Source: an uncultured SAR86 cluster bacterium (GTDB lineage Bacteria > Pseudomonadota > Gammaproteobacteria > Magnimaribacterales > D2472). Taken from it: a stretch of 64,000 bases of DNA. Below the pieces are notes generated by a model. That model had not been told where the DNA came from, did not search any database, and saw only the letters and a program-made list of their open reading frames with translations. Location of the stretch: assembly GCA_902586925.1 (NCBI GenBank), contig CACIJE010000001.1, forward strand, positions 270,104 through 334,103, written 5' to 3'. Within the stretch, counting starts at the first letter, position 1; the number at the start of each line of letters is the position of its first letter. The position numbers were made by a program, and so were the translations under genes. This document shows, piece after piece, positions 58,853-64,000 of the stretch.

Positions 58853-60402
58853 TGCACAATCTAAGTATGTGGAAATACATTTCATTACCATGGGTAATTT
58901 CAACCTTTGTTTTCTTTATAATATTTTTTATATTAGCGTTCACAAAAGACATTGATATAGAATTTCTATCAAATAACTACTTACTCAAGCTTTTTTCAAA
59001 TACTTTATTGCTATCTTTTGGATCTGCAATAATATCTGCATTAATAGCAGTTCCATTAGCAATATTAGTAACTTTTTATAGATTTCCAGGGAGTAATTTT
59101 TTTAGTTGGGCTTTGAGTCTATCAATCGCTTTTCCTACATATGTATATGCATTTATTTTTGTTGGAATTTTTGAATACTCAAGTCTTTTATCAGAATTTT
59201 TGAGAGGATATGATTTGGCCTTACCTCAAATAAAAAATTTGTTTGGTGCATGTGTGATAATGTCAATGGCCCTATTCCCATATATTTTTCTTATTGCAAA
59301 AGTGCAACTTTCTTCTGTAGGTATAAGAATTTTTAAGGCTGCAAAGTCTTTAGGTGATAGTAATTTAAATGCTATAAGAAAGATTATTCTTCCTTCATTA
59401 AAGCCTGCAATTTTAGGTGGTATGGCATTAGTTATGTTCGAAACAATAGCTGATTTTGGAGGTGTATCAACTTTGCGAGTAGAGACTTTTACCGTAGGAA
59501 TTTACGATGCATGGTTTGGTTATCAAAGTTATTATTCAGGCGCAAGACTAGCAGGTTATCTTTTAATTTTTGTTTTTCTTATTATTTTAATAACGAAGTA
59601 CTTTGGTGATAACTCAAGTTCAGTTGCAATTAAATCCAGTGAATCAATTAATAAAGTTCAATTAAATAAATCAAAACAAATAATATTGACAAGCTTGTGC
59701 ATATTAATATTTACAACAGTTTTTTGCCTGCCCTTATTTCAACTTATATTATGGCAGCTGTCTGATTCCAGCATAAGCCTTTTGAGTAGTTCTTATTTAT
59801 TTGTTAACTCTTTAATACTTGGAATATCTGCAGCAGCTTTCACAATTTTCTTTGCGATAGCTCTTTCTCTGAGCTATAGACAGTCAAATAAATTTAAATC
59901 ATTTATTACAATTTCTACTTCTGGGTATGCTATTCCTGGTTCAGTAATTTCTGCTGGACTCTTGATCGGATTCGATGCTATTTTTAATACTTCCATCACG
60001 CTTTATGGTATTTATGGTCTAATTGCTTGCTTGAGTTTGCGATTTATGACGCCTGCTTTTAATTATTTATCTGCATCTTTGGCTAATATATCAAGCTCGT
60101 CTGAAAAAGCACTTTCTCTAATTTCAACTAACCAAGCAAAAGCGTTCACCTCATTTTATTTTCCACAAATGAAGCCTGCTTTGTCACTTAGTTTTATGAT
60201 AGTCTTCATTGAATCTATTAAAGAACAGCCTGCAACATTACTATTGCGTCCTGTTGGATTTGATACTTTATCAACAAAAATTTTTAACTATACAAGTGAG
60301 GGTCAATGGGGATTAGCAGCCAGTCCAAGTCTATTATTAATAATACTTAGCTTAGTATTTGTGTATTTTATTAATAAAAGTATTGATTCAATAAAAAAAT
60401 AA
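58852..60402 (+). CDS. Fe3+/thiamine-type ABC transporter permease (FbpB-like)
   Basis: Duplicated permease domains; FPTYVYAF, LFPYIFL, AAKSLG, ETIADFG, GYAIPGSV, IKEQPATLLLRPVGFDTL. Confidence 0.85.
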   Translation: MHNLSMWKYISLPWVISTFVFFIIFFILAFTKDIDIEFLSNNYLLKLFSNTLLLSFGSAIISALIAVPLAILVTFYRFPGSNFFSWALSLSIAFPTYVYAFIFVGIFEYSSLLSEFLRGYDLALPQIKNLFGACVIMSMALFPYIFLIAKVQLSSVGIRIFKAAKSLGDSNLNAIRKIILPSLKPAILGGMALVMFETIADFGGVSTLRVETFTVGIYDAWFGYQSYYSGARLAGYLLIFVFLIILITKYFGDNSSSVAIKSSESINKVQLNKSKQIILTSLCILIFTTVFCLPLFQLILWQLSDSSISLLSSSYLFVNSLILGISAAAFTIFFAIALSLSYRQSNKFKSFITISTSGYAIPGSVISAGLLIGFDAIFNTSITLYGIYGLIACLSLRFMTPAFNYLSASLANISSSSEKALSLISTNQAKAFTSFYFPQMKPALSLSFMIVFIESIKEQPATLLLRPVGFDTLSTKIFNYTSEGQWGLAASPSLLLIILSLVFVYFINKSIDSIKK

Positions 60403-60407
60403 ACATT

Positions 60408-60893
60408 ATGAAAGATAAAGGTTATAGGCTAAATGTAGGAATTATTATTGCGAACAAAAAAGGTGAACTATTATTATGTAAAAGAAAAGGTATGAATAGT
60501 TGGCAGTTTCCTCAAGGGGGTATTGATTTTGGAGAAGACTCTCTAAAAGCTGCCAAAAGAGAACTTTTTGAGGAAGTTGGAATTAAGTCAAACTCAGTAA
60601 AATTAATAGACTCGATTGATGATTGGTTAAAATATGATATACCTAAAAAAAGCAGAAGAAAAAAAATTTTTAAAACTAATTTTAAAGGTCAAAAACAAAA
60701 ATGGTTTTTATTTAAATTGAAGGAAGATGTAAAAATATCTTTTGATAATGATCCTGATAATGAGTTTGACAATTTTAAATGGGTGTCCTACTGGTATCCT
60801 CTTAATATAATTATTTCATTCAAAGAAAAAGTCTATAGAGAAGCATTAAATAAATTAAAATATTCATTCTGTAGAGAATTTTATAATGTTTGA
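60408..60893 (+). CDS. rppH: RNA pyrophosphohydrolase
   Basis: GYRLNVGII, WQFPQGGID, Nudix box AAKRELFEEVG, GQKQKWFL, WVSYWYPL, FKEKVY. Confidence 0.96.
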   Translation: MKDKGYRLNVGIIIANKKGELLLCKRKGMNSWQFPQGGIDFGEDSLKAAKRELFEEVGIKSNSVKLIDSIDDWLKYDIPKKSRRKKIFKTNFKGQKQKWFLFKLKEDVKISFDNDPDNEFDNFKWVSYWYPLNIIISFKEKVYREALNKLKYSFCREFYNV

Positions 60894-61674
60894 CGAAGTT
60901 TTAATATTTGGAGTGCTAGGAATTCTTTCTGGACTGTTGGCTGGTATGTTTGGTATTGGAGGAGGGCTAATTATGGTGCCAGTTCTTATTGGCATATTTA
61001 TAAATCTTGGATTTGAAGATGTGATTATTGTTCAACTTGCAATTGGTACATCGATATCATGTATTATCTTTACAGGACTTTCTTCAGCAAATGCTCATAG
61101 AAAAAAAAATTCAATTGATTTTGATAGCTTAAAGCCTGTGGCTTCTGGAATAATATTTGGTGCATTTTTAGGTGCGCTATTTGCGGTTCAAATTGATGGA
61201 TTGATATTAAAAATTACAATTGCAACATTTGTACTAGTTGTTGGTACCGATATTCTTTTAAATAAAGATCTTTTACAAAATATATTACGTCTAAAACCAA
61301 AATCAATTTTTGTTGGTTCAGGAATAGGATTTTTGTCCTCAATCTTAGGCATTGGAGGAGGAACTTTTTCAGTTCCTTATTTTAAGGGTTCTGGGCTCAA
61401 TCTTACCTCTGCAATTGGCACATCAGCAGCATGTGGTGTGCCAATAGCTATTTTTGGCACTTTAGGATATGTTTTTGCAGGCATAAATCAAAATATGTTA
61501 CCTAATTTAAGTTTTGGATATGTATATTTACCAGCTCTTCTTGGGGTCTCTCTAACAAGTATTTTTTCTGCAAAATATGGTGCTGATATAGCTCATTATT
61601 TATCTCAAACAACTCTTAGGAGACTTATGGCGGGTTGGTTTTTTATAATATCAATATATATGTTCATAGTATGA
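60886..61674 (+). CDS. Sulfite exporter TauE/SafE (TSUP) family protein
   Basis: Duplicated GMFGIGGG / GIGGGTF motifs, AIGTS twice; upstream of lgt. Confidence 0.9.
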   Translation: MFDEVLIFGVLGILSGLLAGMFGIGGGLIMVPVLIGIFINLGFEDVIIVQLAIGTSISCIIFTGLSSANAHRKKNSIDFDSLKPVASGIIFGAFLGALFAVQIDGLILKITIATFVLVVGTDILLNKDLLQNILRLKPKSIFVGSGIGFLSSILGIGGGTFSVPYFKGSGLNLTSAIGTSAACGVPIAIFGTLGYVFAGINQNMLPNLSFGYVYLPALLGVSLTSIFSAKYGADIAHYLSQTTLRRLMAGWFFIISIYMFIV

Positions 61675-62468
61675 TAATAGAGCTTTCTAATTTCTTTAAT
61701 AATCCAACTCTAGTTGAGATTGGACCTCTAAAAATTCAGTACTATGCAGTGACATGGTTATTATCTGCATTATTGATTTACGTTTTTCTAAAAAATAATA
61801 AAACCATACATGAAATAGGCCTTAATAAAGATGAAATAAACGATATGGTTTTCTTGTATGGACTATTCTTTGGAGCAATTTGTGGTGGAAGAGTCGGATA
61901 CATGTTCATATACGGAGCAGAACAGTTAATAGATAATCCCTTGTCTTTATTATACGTTTGGCAAGGCGGATTAAGCTTTCATGGTGGCTTAATTGGAGTA
62001 ATTATTAGTCTTGTTATCTTTTGTTACAAGAAAAATATTGAGTTATTAAAATTATTAGATGGTGTTGCTTTAGCAATGCCCATTGGTCTTGGTCTAGTAA
62101 GAATTGGTAATTTTCTAAACGGTGAATTATATGGAAAGGCAACATATGCAGATTGGGGCTTTATATTTCCAACTGATCCTTTTGGAGTTTTAAGACATCC
62201 ATCACAAATTTATGAAAGTTTTGGTGAAGGATTATTATTGTTTTTAATTTTATTTGTGATTAGTAAGCAAACTAATGTAAAAGGCATAGTTTCTTCATCA
62301 TTTCTAATTTTTTATGGGTCAATAAGATTTATAATTGAATTCTTTAGGCAACCTGATGCTCACATTGGTTACATTGCTTTTGACTCATTAAGCATGGGAC
62401 AGATCTTATGTATACCAATGGTAATTATTGGATTTGTTATGTTGCTATATTCAAGGGAAAAAATATGA
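61671..62468 (+). CDS. lgt: Prolipoprotein diacylglyceryl transferase
   Basis: GGRVGY, WQGGLSFHGG, VRIGNFLNGELYG, RHPSQIYE, RFIIEFFRQPD, LSMGQIL. Start reassigned to ATG 61671. Confidence 0.97.
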   Translation: MIIELSNFFNNPTLVEIGPLKIQYYAVTWLLSALLIYVFLKNNKTIHEIGLNKDEINDMVFLYGLFFGAICGGRVGYMFIYGAEQLIDNPLSLLYVWQGGLSFHGGLIGVIISLVIFCYKKNIELLKLLDGVALAMPIGLGLVRIGNFLNGELYGKATYADWGFIFPTDPFGVLRHPSQIYESFGEGLLLFLILFVISKQTNVKGIVSSSFLIFYGSIRFIIEFFRQPDAHIGYIAFDSLSMGQILCIPMVIIGFVMLLYSREKI

Positions 62469-63328
62469 AAGCATACTTAGATCTTCTTCAGTATATATTG
62501 GAAAATGGAGAAGAAAAAAGTGATAGGACTAATACTGGGACAATATCATCTTTTGGGCATCAGTTCGAATTTGATTTAGAAAAAGGATTTCCAGCTGTAA
62601 CTACTAAATCTCTCGCATGGAAAGGAGTTGTTTCAGAACTGCTTTGGTTCTTAGAGGGTTCAGATGATGAGAGAAGGCTTGCTGAGATAAGATTTAATAA
62701 AGATAGATCTGAATTAACAAATTTGGAAAAATACTCAACAATATGGACTGATAATGCAGATAATCAAGGCAAAGAATTAGGATATGAAAATTCAGATACA
62801 ACAAAGATTCTTGGTCCAGTTTATGGCGTCCAATGGAGAAATTGGTGTGGAATTGATCAAATTAAAAATCTACTTAATGACTTGGAAAAAAATCCTGATG
62901 GAAGAAGACATATTCTATCAGCATGGAATGTAAATGAATTAAATAAAATGACATTGCCACCATGTCATGTAATGTCACAATTTTATATACATAAAAATTC
63001 GATTAGTTGTCATATGTACCAAAGAAGTGCAGATATGTTTCTTGGAGTTCCTTTTAATATTGCAAGCTATGCTTTACTTTTATCTATTATTGCTAAAATT
63101 TTAAATCTTAAACCAAAAAGATTTATTCATTCATTTGGTGATGCTCATATTTATAAAAACACTGTTGAGCAAGTAAAGGAACAAATCTCTCGAGAACCTA
63201 AGCCGCTGCCAAAATTAGTACTTCCAGATATTAACTCATTAGATGATCTAAAAAAGACAAACATTAATGATTATGTTTTAGATAATTATGACCCTCATCC
63301 TGCCATAAAGGCAAAAATGGCAATATGA
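62465..63328 (+). CDS. thyA: Thymidylate synthase (T4-phage-like type)
   Basis: DRTNTGT, FPAVTTK, ELLWFLEG, LGPVYGVQWR, LPPCH, YQRSADMFLGVPFNIASY. Start reassigned to ATG 62465. Confidence 0.97.
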   Translation: MKAYLDLLQYILENGEEKSDRTNTGTISSFGHQFEFDLEKGFPAVTTKSLAWKGVVSELLWFLEGSDDERRLAEIRFNKDRSELTNLEKYSTIWTDNADNQGKELGYENSDTTKILGPVYGVQWRNWCGIDQIKNLLNDLEKNPDGRRHILSAWNVNELNKMTLPPCHVMSQFYIHKNSISCHMYQRSADMFLGVPFNIASYALLLSIIAKILNLKPKRFIHSFGDAHIYKNTVEQVKEQISREPKPLPKLVLPDINSLDDLKKTNINDYVLDNYDPHPAIKAKMAI

Positions 63329-63834
63329 ATATTGTTATTTCTCATGTTGTTGCTTTATCAAATAATAATGTCATAGGTGTTGATAATAATCTACCGTGGA
63401 ATCTCAAAACAGACCTAATACACTTTAAAAACTACACAACTAACAAAATAATTGTTATGGGAAGAAAAACATATGAATCTATAGGAAGGCCACTGCCAAA
63501 TAGATTAAATTTTATAGTATCCAAAACTATTGGTGAAATTGAAAATGCATTTGTATTTAAAAGTACGAAAGAGGCAATAGATGCAGCTAAAGAAAAATGT
63601 TTAGGTAACGAAAATTATAATGAAATTGTCATAATTGGAGGTGGTTATCTTTTTAGAGATACTCTTACAATAACAAACAAATTAGTATTAACTTGTGTTG
63701 ACTGCAATATCGCCGGAGATATTTATTATCCAAATATTGATTTGTCTTTATGGAAAGAAAAAAGTTCAGAAAGTTTTTCAAAAAATGAAGATAATGAATA
63801 CAACTTCACTGTAAGAGTATATGAAAAATTTTAA
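63325..63834 (+). CDS. folA: Dihydrofolate reductase
   Basis: IGVDNNLPWNLKTD, VMGRKTYESIGRPLPNR, IIGGG, GDIYYP. Confidence 0.96.
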   Translation: MNIVISHVVALSNNNVIGVDNNLPWNLKTDLIHFKNYTTNKIIVMGRKTYESIGRPLPNRLNFIVSKTIGEIENAFVFKSTKEAIDAAKEKCLGNENYNEIVIIGGGYLFRDTLTITNKLVLTCVDCNIAGDIYYPNIDLSLWKEKSSESFSKNEDNEYNFTVRVYEKF

Positions 63835-63998
63835 GAGGAAGAGTTCATTTGGATATAATCCCTTCTCAGAGCGAGATTTTTTACTCTAATCTCTTCATTC
63901 TCAGTGTATTTAATCCAATTATTTGCTTGTGTTTTAATTTTCTTTTCCTTATCTCTAGCAGCAATTCTAAAGTTCTTTTTTGCCTCATCAAACTCTTG
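63831..63998 (-). CDS. 3' end of a gene truncated by the window edge (possibly TPR-containing)
   Basis: Open minus frame QEFDEAKKNFRIAARDKEKKIKTQANNWIKYTENEEIRVKNLALRRDYIQMNSSS* converging on folA. Confidence 0.6.
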   Translation of the reverse strand, partial: QEFDEAKKNFRIAARDKEKKIKTQANNWIKYTENEEIRVKNLALRRDYIQMNSSS

Positions 63999-64000
63999 CA

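Noticed and set aside
1-64000. CRISPR arrays, IS elements, rRNA, defence islands
   Set aside because: I saw no repeat-spacer arrays, transposase or integrase motifs, terminal inverted repeats or rRNA-like sequence; the largest intergenic gap is about 135 bp.

Overview
This is an AT-rich, extremely compact chromosomal segment of a streamlined marine gammaproteobacterium. Gene order and compaction are most consistent with the SAR86 clade, which is an inference. It holds about 76 CDS and one tRNA-Phe(GAA), with mostly overlapping or abutting genes. I found no integrase, transposase, CRISPR array, rRNA or prophage block. The content is mostly housekeeping: purHD, coq7, trpEGDC, rpe, amgK-murU, lptD-surA-pdxA-rsmA-apaH, cca/fol genes, tsaD/rpsU, rph-pyrE, spoT-rpoZ-gmk, membrane pyrophosphatase, ubiCA, glutamine synthetase-ntrBC, mutY and rppH-lgt-thyA-folA. 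The ORF track missed a 57-aa rubredoxin (40646-40819, minus) and a partial gene at the right edge. The most notable observations are five. (1) Core enzymes appear replaced in place by foreign or non-homologous isoenzymes: type II glutamine synthetase at the glnA position before ntrBC, cofactor-dependent GpmA at the gpmI position, and a T4-phage-like ThyA in lgt-thyA-folA. (2) The K+-dependent Na+-type pyrophosphatase has Asn in place of the conserved gate lysine. (3) LptD carries a segment with 21 Met in 66 residues. (4) NtrC-like boxes sit upstream of the GS gene with no recognisable sigma54 promoter. (5) A shikimate-kinase-fold protein may be a homoserine kinase. Family assignments rest on motif recognition from memory; no searches were run.
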